A stretch of DNA of 64,000 nt from Mytilus californianus (taxonomy: Eukaryota): the NCBI RefSeq assembly GCF_021869535.1, contig NW_026262690.1, forward strand, positions 113,708,001 through 113,772,000, read 5' to 3'. The translations under genes were made by a program, and so were the position numbers. Each line of letters starts with the position of its first letter. Within the stretch, counting starts at the first letter, position 1. The notes beneath the pieces are model-generated. The model was not told the DNA's origin. It did no database searches and saw nothing but the letters and a program-made list of their open reading frames with translations. Of the stretch, positions 25,905 through 37,049 are shown piece after piece.

Positions 25905-26142
25905 GATTAATTGGTGTTTAACACCACTTTCAGCACTATTGGCTACTTCGTGGCGACCATCTTTTATTAGTTGGGTAAGCCAGACGGCCGGGAGGTTCTA
26001 TCGACCTTCGGTAGGAAAACTGACAATCCTAGTCAATTTAAATTGGAGTCGAACGCACCTGCCACATGCGGGACTCCAACTCACAACCTCACTGTTGACA
26101 GGCTAGTGATACAGTAGTTGAACTATTTAGACCACTCGGCCA
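25905..26142 (-). mobile_element. tRNA-derived SINE, same family as 194-458, more diverged
   Basis: Reverse complement begins TGGCCGAGTGGTCTAAATAG and ends GTGGTGTTAAACACCAATTAATC. Confidence 0.9.
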
Positions 26143-27864
26143 AAAATTAAAATGCAGAAATGAAGACCCCTCTATTCAGAGCCTCATACAGATTACACAG
26201 GTAAAATAACAACGCCTGTTTCACGTTTGTAATAAAACGTACGTATAACGTATGTATTACACATTGTAAAGTGTTAAACATACGTATTACAGAAGTCGTT
26301 TGCATTTAGGATATCGTGGTTCCACTGAGCGCGATTTTCATTGGACGTCTGTTTTATATCAATTACATTCTCTGTACAAAATGTATGTTTTTCGTCATCA
26401 AACTGTTTGTCCGGAAAAACTTTAAGGTATTCAAACACATGTTTAACTGTTTAACATAGGTAAAAGGCTGTTATGACGGATGGTTAAATGTACATTTTCC
26501 ATGTGAAAAACGTCAGAATATATACGCATGTCTTCCTGGAAGTAAACGTACGTCAAATGGCCCACGGTTTAGAAGAAACATATTTGAAAAGTATGTTGAT
26601 ATTTCCAGTCGACTTTTACTGCTTTAAGTTTGTTGCAATTTTATCAAAGTAAGAACTAAAAATGTTATTTGTCAACAAAGCAAAAAACATGAAACTAACT
26701 CAAAGAAAAGAGAAAAGACCTACATGTGTCCAATCATATGACCATTATAAAACACAAAAAAGAATACTTTGTATAAAGAATGCCATCACAGTGTTTTATT
26801 TAAAGTCTTTCTGGACTGCAAGAGCCACAAGTGAAGAAATGACCAAGCAAAGATAATAAGTAATACCATCAGATCTTTGCAGTTTGTTAAAAATTGATGA
26901 TGATGTATTACGGTTTTATGTCCAGTGTAAACTATTACATGCATATAGTATAAACGCAAAAATGTCTTGCACATGCAAATATAATAGTCGATAATCTTCA
27001 TAAAAGTAGAAATAACGATCTCCAACTTATCTATCCATCCACATATAGACAACCTTTCATTCTAAATATACACATATCTAGCGTGCATGGAAAAGTTAAG
27101 ATGTTTGTGAAAAAGAAAGAACGCAATTAATAAACCAAGGTCTAAATATGTTGATAATTATCATTACTTAAAACACAAGAGCTGCTTGGAATTTCCTGAT
27201 CCGGCCCACATAAATACATGATAACATCAATGAGTCTGTTTGATCTACTTAAACTGTAAGTGGATTCAGTTAGTGACTGTGAATAATAGGTTGTCTTTTG
27301 ATCGTCCAGTCATGGACTGATTCTACGATATATCACGTTTAATAGTATCATTCTATCATGCTACTGTAGTAAAAGTACAACTACTATAGTTTCACTATAA
27401 CCTGTTATGATATAGTAATAATAGTCATAATTATATGAATATTTATTTATTTTGAAACATAATTTTGATGGATAGATACAGATCGTAAACTTGATCATTA
27501 ATTTTTTCAAACAATAGCATGTTTCTAACATCTGTCATCAAGATTTTTTTAAATATGGTCCATTTTTCAGAATTTTCACATATACAATTACTGATATGGT
27601 GAGTTGGCTGTTCACAATGCTTTTACATACTAAATTTTAGGTTTGCTAACTTTTTACATAACTTTCAAACTTTAAATTGCCTAGTCTCACTATTTTTAAT
27701 ATATACCACCCTAGAAAATTGTTTAGTATGACGATAAATTTTCAGTTTTGTTCTCGTACAAGGAACAACAAAATTATTTATTTTGTAAAAATTATTTCCG
27801 TACTCCGTGTATACCTTACAACAAAATTATTTTTATTTACCTGTGTACGTTATTTTATTTGGCG

Positions 27865-28415
27865 GCATTTTGTCCAAGGTTATGGTTGTCTTTCTGATAT
27901 TGTTTTACATCTAACCCCCTTGTTTTATTAATTTTGTATTTATATTGTGTCATAGATCAAATTTATTCGTTCAGTGTATGTTCACTTGTTTTTGTTAATA
28001 TGTCTTTTGATTGAGTTAAGCCATTTCAATTGATATTTCATAGTGTCTTTCTATGTTGTGATGTTACACTATTGTTTCAGGTAGGGTGAAGGTTGGCGCC
28101 TATCAAAACGCTTAAACCCGCTGCATTTGTTTGCACCTGTCCTATATAAGTCAGGAATCTGATGTTCAGTGGTTGTCGTTTGTTGATGTGGTTCATAAGT
28201 GTTTCTCGTTTTGTATGTAGATTAGACCGTTGGTTTTCCTGTTTGAATGGTTTTACACTAGTCATTTTGGGAGCCCTTTATAGCTTGCTGTTCGGTGTGA
28301 GCCAAGGCTACGTGTTGAAGGCCGTACTTTGACCTAAAATGGTTTACTTTTACAAATTGTGACTTGGATGGAGAGTTGTCTCATTGGCACTCATACGACA
28401 TTTTCTTATATCTAT
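27865..28415 (-). repeat. Long copy of the head-motif interspersed repeat
   Basis: GAGAGTTGTCTCATTGGCACTCATACGACATTTTCTT at the right end; shared core at 28113-28160. Confidence 0.8.
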
Positions 28416-28779
28416 ATATGAATGATATTTAAAAAAAATCTGAAACTTTTTGTAAACCAGATAAGGCTCTATTTCTAGTCAACTATTCATAAATTGTTGT
28501 ATCCAAAATTTCTAATGGTGAATATGTGTAAATTTTGCGATTTTGCCAACCAAAAACAAACAATTTTTAAACTGTTTTCAAGGTTAGCAATTAAAAAAAA
28601 AATTATTTTCCTTCAATATATTGTTTTCTTGTACAAAATCATATGCAAGTTCATTTCCAAACACATGCTAATAAGGTATATCTTATCTTTTTTTAAAGGA
28701 TCAGGTCAAGTAGTAAATTATTCCTTAATACAGAAGCTTAGTAATATGTAACAAAAGTTATGCCACATGTGCAGCAAGA

Positions 28780-29185
28780 TCTGCTTACCCTTCTGGAAAA
28801 CCTGAGATCACATCGGGTTTATGGTGGGGTTCGTGTTGCTCAGTTTTTAGTTTTCTATTTTGTGTTTTGTATACTGTTGTTAGTCTCTTGGTCGTTTTTC
28901 ATAATTTTCCATGCCTTGTAGGTTTGTCATCGACGAGGGGCCTGATGGGGGGGGGGGGGGGGGGTGGTCTCATCACGATTCACGAGTTGATTTTTTTGTC
29001 AATCACGATTCACAGAAAATAAATTTCCATGATCACGGATCACGAAAATACAAAAAAAAAGAAATCTGTAGAAAAACGGATCACGATAGCGAAAATGCGC
29101 CGATCACGAAGAACGAAAATAACCCATCAGGCCCCTCATCGACTTATGAGTTTAAATATCCCTTTGGTATCTTTCACCTCTTTTT
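28780..29185 (+). repeat. Common element interrupted by a MITE
   Basis: CTGCTTACCCTTCTGG..GGGGTTCGTGTTGCTCAG.., resuming after the MITE with ..CCCTTTGGTATCTTTCACCTC. Confidence 0.75.
28935..29137. mobile_element. MITE, GAGG family, CACGA-rich interior, 6-bp TSD ATCGAC
   Basis: TIR GAGGGGCCTGATGGG/CCCATCAGGCCCCTC; ATCGAC at 28929-34 and 29138-43. Confidence 0.93.
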
Positions 29186-29257
29186 TATGGACAAACGGAT
29201 GGACAAGGTGATTGCAGTATACCACCCAATAGGTGGTATAATTTTGTATTAAAACAG

Positions 29258-29450
29258 ACCGATGTGGTATTATTGCCAATGAGACAATTATTCATACCAC
29301 CAAAAGACAAAGATGTGAATAATTAAAGGTCACCCTAAAGCCATCAATCAACATTGAACAAAACTCATACCTCATAGCCAGTTTGACAAAATGTGAAAGA
29401 TCAAAAAGCAAAACAACAGCCTAATTTATAGCAATGAACGAAAAACAAAT
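29258..29450 (+). repeat. Degenerate head-motif repeat
   Basis: GATGTGGTATTATTGCCAATGAGACAA. Confidence 0.7.
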
Positions 29451-29618
29451 ATAGTTGTTAACTTCTACGTCGTTTAGTCTCCGGTGGAATTTTGTCTCAT
29501 TGACAATCATAACTCGTACACATAGCTGTATTTGGTTGGCAAAACCTTTCGGAATTTTGGGTCCTCAGTGCTCTCCAACTTCGTACTTTATTTGGCCTTT
29601 TTAACTTTTTTTATTCGA

Positions 29619-29662
29619 GCGTCACTGATGAGTCTTTTGTAGACGAAACGCGGATGTGGCGT
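29619..29662 (+). ncRNA. Type I hammerhead, family A, predicted inactive (AUG at the cleavage triplet); part of retrozyme fragment ~29530-29690
   Basis: GCGTCA-CTGATGA-GTC-TTTTGTA-GAC-GAAA-C-GCGG-ATG-TGGCGT. H17=G violates the NUH rule. Confidence 0.78.
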
Positions 29663-29867
29663 GCAAAATTTTAATACTGGTATCTATGTAGAGTTTGTTT
29701 ACAACATTTTTTTATTTTTAAATGGTAGACAACGATAATTCTACATTGATATAGGATTTGAAAGCAAACAATGTGTGCGCTGCTTCGGTCAATCTTGACT
29801 TTGTTTGGTTCGACCTCACTGGTAAATATTATCCAGCAGCTGTACTTTGATATATCATAAATGTAAT

Positions 29868-29962
29868 TATAAGATGTGGTATGATTGCCAATGAGAAAAC
29901 TCTCAACAAGAGACCAAATGACACAGAAATTAACAACTATAGGTCACCGAACGGCCTTCAAC
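29868..29962 (+). repeat. Head-motif repeat
   Basis: AAGATGTGGTATGATTGCCAATGAGAAAACTC...GGCCTTCAACA. Confidence 0.85.
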
Positions 29963-31291
29963 ATATCTATATGGGTATAACATCTACAGATATATATATA
30001 TGTAAAAACTGAGAAGATGTGGTATAATTGCCCATGTAAAAAACAAGGAAATTCGCGTATTTACGACAGCAACAAAAACCAAAACAATATGTATAAAAAT
30101 CCATATTACCGTATTATTTCGATATTATTATGTTAACTATTAAAAACATCATTAAATATGATAACATAAAATATTAACCAACGTCAAAATAAGTGTATGA
30201 CCTGCTATCATAATACGAGCATTTTATTAGAGATTTCATTGATTCTCAATTGGCAGCAATCAAAAGAAAATTAAGAAATATCTTGTCCACTTAATTTATT
30301 AAATTAATGGTCGAACCATTAGAGACTTTAGCATGTAGGATACAATTCACAACACGGGGTAAACTATGGCAATTACTTTAATATGACATTTCAATGACGA
30401 TAAAAAGTACAAAATATCAATCCATTATTGATATTATACTCTCAACCAGCGGTAAATATGTCTTAATAAGGCCTCAATCGATAAGGTTACAATTATAATT
30501 ATATTAAAAAACATTTCAAGGTCTTCATGCCCTCTTGGTGAACCCTTTATTCCGATTGTTACACAAACCACGGGGGACGTCACCTATCAACAATTGTAAA
30601 AAGATAATATTCAATACATTTGTGTTGAAGTATACCCTTTGACCAACGGTCATTGTGTAAAACAATATGCTTATGACAAGGATACAATTGTTCGTATATT
30701 TTTTGTCGGTATCCTGTAATTGCTATTTGACACTATAATTATTGTTATGGAGAACAGAATTCATTTGGATTTCCCTGATAAATATTTACTTTTTCTTTAT
30801 GACTAATTGCTGAACTTTTGGCACTGGTTTACAAGTATCTTCTTGTTAATTCCTAATTATTGAAATATTTTCAATACATAAGTAAAAAATATTTACATTT
30901 TTCTTCAAAAACATTTTCATTTCAATAGTAATTTCAATAATTGCTGTGAACTTTTGATATTGCAAGTTATTTCATGCCTACAACACATTCAAGAATTTTA
31001 TCTTTTGTGATATTGGTACTCCCTTTTTAAAAAAACTGACCGTCGCAAACAAATATCATTACTCTTGTATTCATTCAAAATAAATATATGCAAACAAATC
31101 ATCTGATAGCTTGCAAACAAAAATCCTTGTTCCCATATCCAAAAAATTTCACAATGAATGAAATATTCATATCTAGAAATTTAGCAAATTTATATTCATT
31201 CCTTTATAAAAATGGAGATTACGTTAATGGATAAAAGTGATGACTTTTTTTGATGAATTCAAATAGACCAGTATGACTTTTTTTATCAGTA

Positions 31292-31720
31292 ACTGATTGA
31301 GTCTTATGTAGACGAAACGCGCGTCTGGCGTATCAAATTATAAGCCTGGTACCTTTGATAACTATTTACACCACTGGGTCGATGCCACTGCTTGTGGACG
31401 TTTCGTCCCCGAGGGTATCACCAGCCCAGTAGTCAGCACTTCGGTGTTGTCATGAGTATCAATTATATGGCCATTTTTATAAATTTACTGTTTGCAAAAG
31501 TATGAATTATTCAAAATACTAAGGATTTTCTTATCCCAGGCATAGATTACCTTAGCCGTATTTGGCACAACTTTTTGGAATTTTGGGTCCTCAATGTTCT
31601 TCAACTTCATACTTGTTTGACTTTCTATTTTGATCTGAGCGTCACTAATGAGTCTTATGTAGACGAAACGCGCGTCTGGCGTATAAAAATTATAAGCCTG
31701 GTACCTTTGATAACTATTTA
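31292..31720 (+). mobile_element. Non-LTR retrozyme, one 351-nt monomer between two type I hammerheads
   Basis: Direct repeats 31293-31369 and 31645-31720; predicted GUC cleavage sites at 31325 and 31676; cores CTGATTGA (insertion, stem I 5' strand missing) and CTAATGA (G5A). Confidence 0.9.
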
Positions 31721-31754
31721 CCCTCAAAGAGCATGTGACTTCACCCCTACTTTA

Positions 31755-32990
31755 TTATAGGGTTAATGTTGTTCAATCTTTAGTTTTCTGAGTAGTGTTG
31801 TTTGTTAATTTTTCCTTTTTGCCATGTTGTTTTTTGTTTATCTTTTTGCCATGATGTTGTTTTTCTGTTAATCTTTTCTCTTGACCGTGGTGTTGTTTGT
31901 CTGTTGTTCTTTTTCTTTTTTTACCATAGTGTTGTCTGTTCATCTTTTTCTCTTTAGGCCATAGTGTTGTTTGTTAATCTTTTGGCCATAGTGTTGTCTG
32001 TTAATCTTTTTTTCTCTTGGTCATATTGTTGTTTGTCTGTTCATTTTGTTCCCTTTTGGCCATAGTGTTGTTTGTCTGTTCATTTTGTTCCCTTTTGACC
32101 ATAGTCTTGTTTGTCTGTTCATCTTTTTCTCTTTTGACCATGGTGTTGTCTGTTCATCTTTTTTTCTTTTGGCCATAGTATTGTTTGTTTATCTTAGTCC
32201 TTTTACAAGTGTTTTTTGTCTTTCCGTCCTTTTTCTTTTTGTCATAGTGCTGTTTTTTGTCATCTTTTTTCTTTTAACCGTAGTATCGTTTGTCTGTTCA
32301 TCTTTTTCTCTGTTTATTAGTGTTGTTTTTATCTTTTGACGATGGTGTTGTTTAGTCAGTTCATCTTTTTATCTTTTTGGCCATAGTGTTGTCTGTTTAT
32401 CTTTTTTTTCTCTTGACTATGTTGTTGTTTGTCTGTTCATCTTTATTCTTTTGCCCTAGTGTTGTTTGTCTGATCATCTTTTTTTCTCTTGGCCATGGTG
32501 TTGTTTGTTTGTCCACCTTCTTTCTTGGCCATGGTGTTATGTGTCTTTATTTTTTTTTCTTTTTGTCATTGTATAAGTTTGTCTGTTCATCTTTTTTCTT
32601 TTGACCATGCTATTGTTTGTTTGTTCATCTTTTGGCCAGTGTTGATTGTCCACCTTCTTTCTTGGCCATGGTATTATGTGTCTTTATTTTTTTTCTTCTT
32701 GTCATTGTATAAGTTTGTCTGTTCATCTTTTTTCTTTTGACCATGGTGTTATGTGTTTATTTTTTTTTCTTTTTGTTATTGTATAAGTTTGTCTGTTCAT
32801 CTTTTTTCTTTTGACCATGTTGTTGTTTGTCTGTTCATGTTAGTTTTTTTTGTCATAGTGTTGTTTGTCTGTTCATCTTCGTTCTTTTAACCATTGTGTT
32901 GTTTGTCTGTCAATCTTTTTTCTTTTTATCATATTATTGTCTATCTTACAATGATTTATAGTTTTTGAATACCTCTTGTATCTCCTTTTT
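31755..32990 (+). repeat. Common element with internal ~30-40-bp unit (TTTTGGCCATAGTGTTGTCTGTTCATC) amplified roughly 30-fold
   Basis: Starts with the family motif GGGTTAATGTTGTTCAATCTTTAG and ends GAATACCTCTTGTATCT; explains the Phe/Val-rich ORFs 32046-32740. Confidence 0.85.
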
Positions 32991-34271
32991 TAATGAAATA
33001 AAATGCATCTGTCTTTTGTTGATTAAAATCAGGCCAGAACTTAACCAAATTTGTATCTTTAAGACTTTTAACTCAAAATTGTTAGCTTTCGGTCTTGTTT
33101 GAGAGTCAGTAACTTATAGAGATGATAATTTTCATTAAAGTGAACAAATGCTCAATGCCTCTGTCCTGGTTCTTAGCAAGGGAATTACATAACAATATAA
33201 CCACTTAATTTTGATTTGTAAAATAAAAAGTATGAACGTTATTGCTTATAGATCAAATAGAACTGGAGGTTATATAGTAACATACATGCAATAAAAAATT
33301 GCAAATCAAAGGACCAAAGCTAGTCAATAATTTTTTTTCTGTTTGATAGATCAAATACGTAGGGTTTCCATTCTTTATCATAAAGTAAAAACAATGCTGT
33401 AAGGATTGCCTCTTGAACCCATGGTACACAATTGGTGAATGCAAACTTGAGTTATTGCAAAACATGTGCTTATGGACGTACGTCATAATTCACTCCATCT
33501 TTAACAAGCCATATAGACAATTTGGCCTTAGAAAATCAGTTAATTGGTAGCTTGTAGCTACTTCCTAACAAGTACACCTGGTTCTAGCTATACATTTCCT
33601 TAAATGGCTGATCAAGGTTAACAAATTGAACATTACTGAGAAAACTTCAATTTTTTCTGAAAACTGATATCAAATTGTCCTTCTGACTAATTATAAGCTA
33701 ATGTTGTAGTCATTATAAGTCAATCTATACTAAATACTACTTGAAATACTTGTCGTACAAGTGATCAAATTCACACTTAGCCTAATTTTTAAATTAATTT
33801 TAACGAAGTCCACTAAACAAGGTACTATATCAAACCACCAAACCGGATCCGGACAATCCAGGTCAAATATACTTATGGTAGTATCCTATGTTATTCGAAG
33901 CTCTAAACGCAGATACCATCTCAACACTCAACAAACTGGGCAATTCATATGTATTGGTTGAGGAAATTGCGTTGTATAGATAGCCAGCTTTCCAATGATA
34001 CAATCTCAATTGTCTACAAAAACATCATTTCACAAGTATCGTAGAAGTAAGACAAAAATCCCCTGATTGGAACTTCCCATCAAGGTCTAATATCACAATA
34101 GTCACTAATAAATATAGCATGTCTTCACTCCTAGCAATTTACAGTTTGGCATATGGCATGGACCATTGTCCATTACTGACGAAAAAATCCCTGATAACTC
34201 AGCAAAAAACTACACAGAAAACTGAAGGTACATCTCATGTTGATCAGATTCAATTAAAGTTTGAGAGGATA

Positions 34272-34465
34272 ACACAGGCTCTTGGGGCTCCATCTTAATT
34301 TTATTGTTGGGTTCCAGGCCCTGCATTATGATCTTTGTGATCATTTGATCAATGTTTTGGGGCTCCAAGTTACACTGATAGGGCACCATCATCCACACTC
34401 TAATGATAGGTCTTAGAGGTGTATTGGTAGGAATCCAGGCTCCTAAAGAATTGTGGAGCCTGTGT
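34272..34465. repeat. Small hairpin-bounded element related to HINE termini
   Basis: Perfect inverted ACACAGGCTC (34272-81) / GAGCCTGTGT (34456-65); left end resembles the terminus of the 34682-37049 element. Confidence 0.45.
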
Positions 34466-34681
34466 TTTTATACGCCCGTTTACGGGACGTATTATGGTAT
34501 ACCGTTGTACGTCCGTCTGTCCGTCCGTCCGTCGTCAACATGTCGGACATTAACTCAAAAACGCTTTAACCAATTTGCTTAAAACTTTGGTGAATTGTTA
34601 ATATCTATTGACGTGAGCTCCCTTTCGTTTTTTATAAATTTTAGATTTTACGTTTCCGAGTTATGGGGTTTTGTTCATTAA

Positions 34682-37049
34682 AACTAGAGGCTCTCAAGAG
34701 CCTGTGTCGCTCACCTGACTCTACTTTGGTTTTAGAAATCATGTAAAGATAGATAAAAATCATAACAGATACCCAAATAATGATTGAGGCCAAATTTTGA
34801 TTAATATTGGTCCCGTTATTTAATAAAATATCCTGGTGGCCATCTTGAACAGTAAATCGGCAACAAAGTAGCAACACTTGGTCAGCACTTCATAAGGAAC
34901 ATTCATGCCATGTTTGGTTTCATTCCATTCAGTGGTACTCTAAAAGAAGACATTTGTATGTATTTCCCATAGGGTCCTATGTTAAACTAAGCCCCCCCCT
35001 AGCGGCCATCTTGGATGATGGATCGACTGCAAAGTAACAACACTTGGTCAGCAACTCATAAGGAACATTCATGCCATGTTTGGTTCAATTCCATTCAGTT
35101 GTTCTCTAAAAGAAGACAATTGTATGTATTTCCCATAGGGTCCTATGTTAAACTAAGTCCCCCGCTGTCGGCCATCTTGGATGATGGATCGGCTGCAAAG
35201 TAACAACACTTGGTCAACATCTCATAAGGAACATTCATGCCATGTTTGGTTCCATTCCATTTATTGGTTCTCTAAAAGAAGACATTTTTATGTTTTTCCC
35301 AAAGGGTCCTATGTAAAACTAAGTCCCCCGCTGGGGGCCATCTTGGATGATGGATCGGCTACAAAGTAACAACACTTGGTCAGCATCTCATAAGGAAGAT
35401 TCATGCCATGTTTGGTTTCATTCCATTCAGTGGTTCACTAAAAGAAGACATTTGTATGTATTTCCCATAGGGTCCTATGTTAAACTAAGTCCCCCGCTGG
35501 CGGCCATCTTGGATGATGGATCGGCTACAAAGTAACAACACTTGGTCAGAACCTCATAAGGAACATTCATGCCATGTTTGGTTTCATTCCATTCAGTGGT
35601 TCTCTAAAAGAAGACATTTGTATGTATTTCCCATAGGGTCCTATGTTAAACTAAGTCCCCCGCTGGCGGCCATCTTGGATGATGGACCGACTGCAAAGTA
35701 ACAACACTTGGTCAGCATCTCATACGGAACATTCATGCCATGTTTGGTTCCATTCCATTCAGTGGTTCTCTAAAAGAAGACATTTTTATGTATTTCCCAT
35801 AGGGTCCTATGTTAAACTAAGTCCCCCGCTGGCGGCCATCTTGGATGATGGATCGGCTACAAAGTAACAACACTTGGTCAGCACCTCATAAGGAACATTC
35901 ATGCCATGTTTGGTTTCATTCCATTCAGTGGTTCTCTAAAAGAAGACATTTGTATGTATTTCCCATAGGGTCCTATGTTAAACTAAGTTCCCCGATGGCG
36001 GCCATCTTGGATGATGGATCGGCTACAAAGTAACAACACATGGTCAGCACCTCATAAGGAACATTCATGCTATGTTTGGTTTTATTCCATTCAGTGGTTC
36101 TCTTAAAGAAGTCATTTGTATGCATTTCCCATAGGGTCCTATGTTAAACTAAGTCCCCCGCTGGCGGCCATCTTGGATGATGGATCGGCTACAAAGTAAC
36201 AACACTTGGTGAGCACCTCATAAGGAACATTCATGCCATGTTTGGTTTTATTCCATTCAGTGGTTCTCTAAAAGAAGTCATTTGTATGCATTTCCCATAG
36301 GGTCCTATGTTAAACTAAGTCCCCCGCTGGCGGCCATCTTGGATGATGGATCGGCTACAAAGTAACAACACTTGGTCAGCACCTCATAAGGAACATTCAT
36401 GCCATGTTTGGTTTCATTCCATTCAGTGGTTCTCTAAAAGAAGACATTTGTATGTATTTCCCATAGGGTCCTATGTTAAACTAAGTTCCCCGATGGCGGC
36501 CATCTTGGATGATGGATCGGCTACAAAGTAACAACACATGGTCAGCACCTCATAAGGAACATTCATGCCATGTTTGGTTTTATTCCATTCAGTGGTTCTC
36601 TTAAAGAAGTCATTTGTATGCATTTCCCATAGGGTCCTATGTTAAACTAAGTCCCCCGCTGGCGGCCATCTTGGATGATGGATCGGCTACAAAGTAACAA
36701 CACTTGGTGAGCACCTCATAAGGAACATTCATGCCATGTTTGGTTTTATTCCATTCAGTGGTTCTCTAAAAGAAGTCATTTGTATGCATTTCCCATAGGG
36801 TCCTATGTTAAACTAAGTCCCCCGCTGGCGGCCATCTTGGATGATGGATCGGCTACAAAGTAACAACACTTGGTCAGCACCTCATAAGGAACATTCATGC
36901 CATGTTTGGTTTCATTCCATTCAGTGGTTCTCTAGAAGAAGTTCAAAATGTAAAAAGTTAACGCCGACGACGGACGACGCCGGACGACGGACGACGGACG
37001 CCAAGTGATGAGAAAAGCTCACTTGGCCCTTTGGGCCAGGTGAGCTAAA
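34682..37049 (-). mobile_element. HINE nested in the outer element, carrying a 166-bp satellite
   Basis: Hairpin GCTCACTTGGCCC-TTT-GGGCCAGGTGAGC at 37017-45; (GACG)n; subTIR GCTCACCTG at 34709-17 plus hairpin AGGCTCT-CAA-GAGCCT; inserted in the host A-run. Confidence 0.9.
34838..36935. repeat. Satellite array, ~12.6 x 166 bp
   Basis: GGCCATCTTG every 166 bp from 34838 to 36830; produces the repeated 62-aa ORFs. Confidence 0.97.

Noticed and set aside
31318-31332. Alternative hammerhead fold with CGC/GCG stem III and GUA cleavage at 31332
   Set aside because: In the complete copies it leaves stem I unpaired. The GUC model gives a 6-bp stem I supported by covariation at 17969 and in family B.
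32046-32740. Hydrophobic membrane-protein-like ORFs
   Set aside because: T-rich minisatellite translation in overlapping frames.
35015-36531. Repeated 62-aa ORFs as a tandem gene family or CRISPR-like array
   Set aside because: They are monomers of a 166-bp satellite. The unit is not a multiple of 3, there are no unique spacers and no cas genes.
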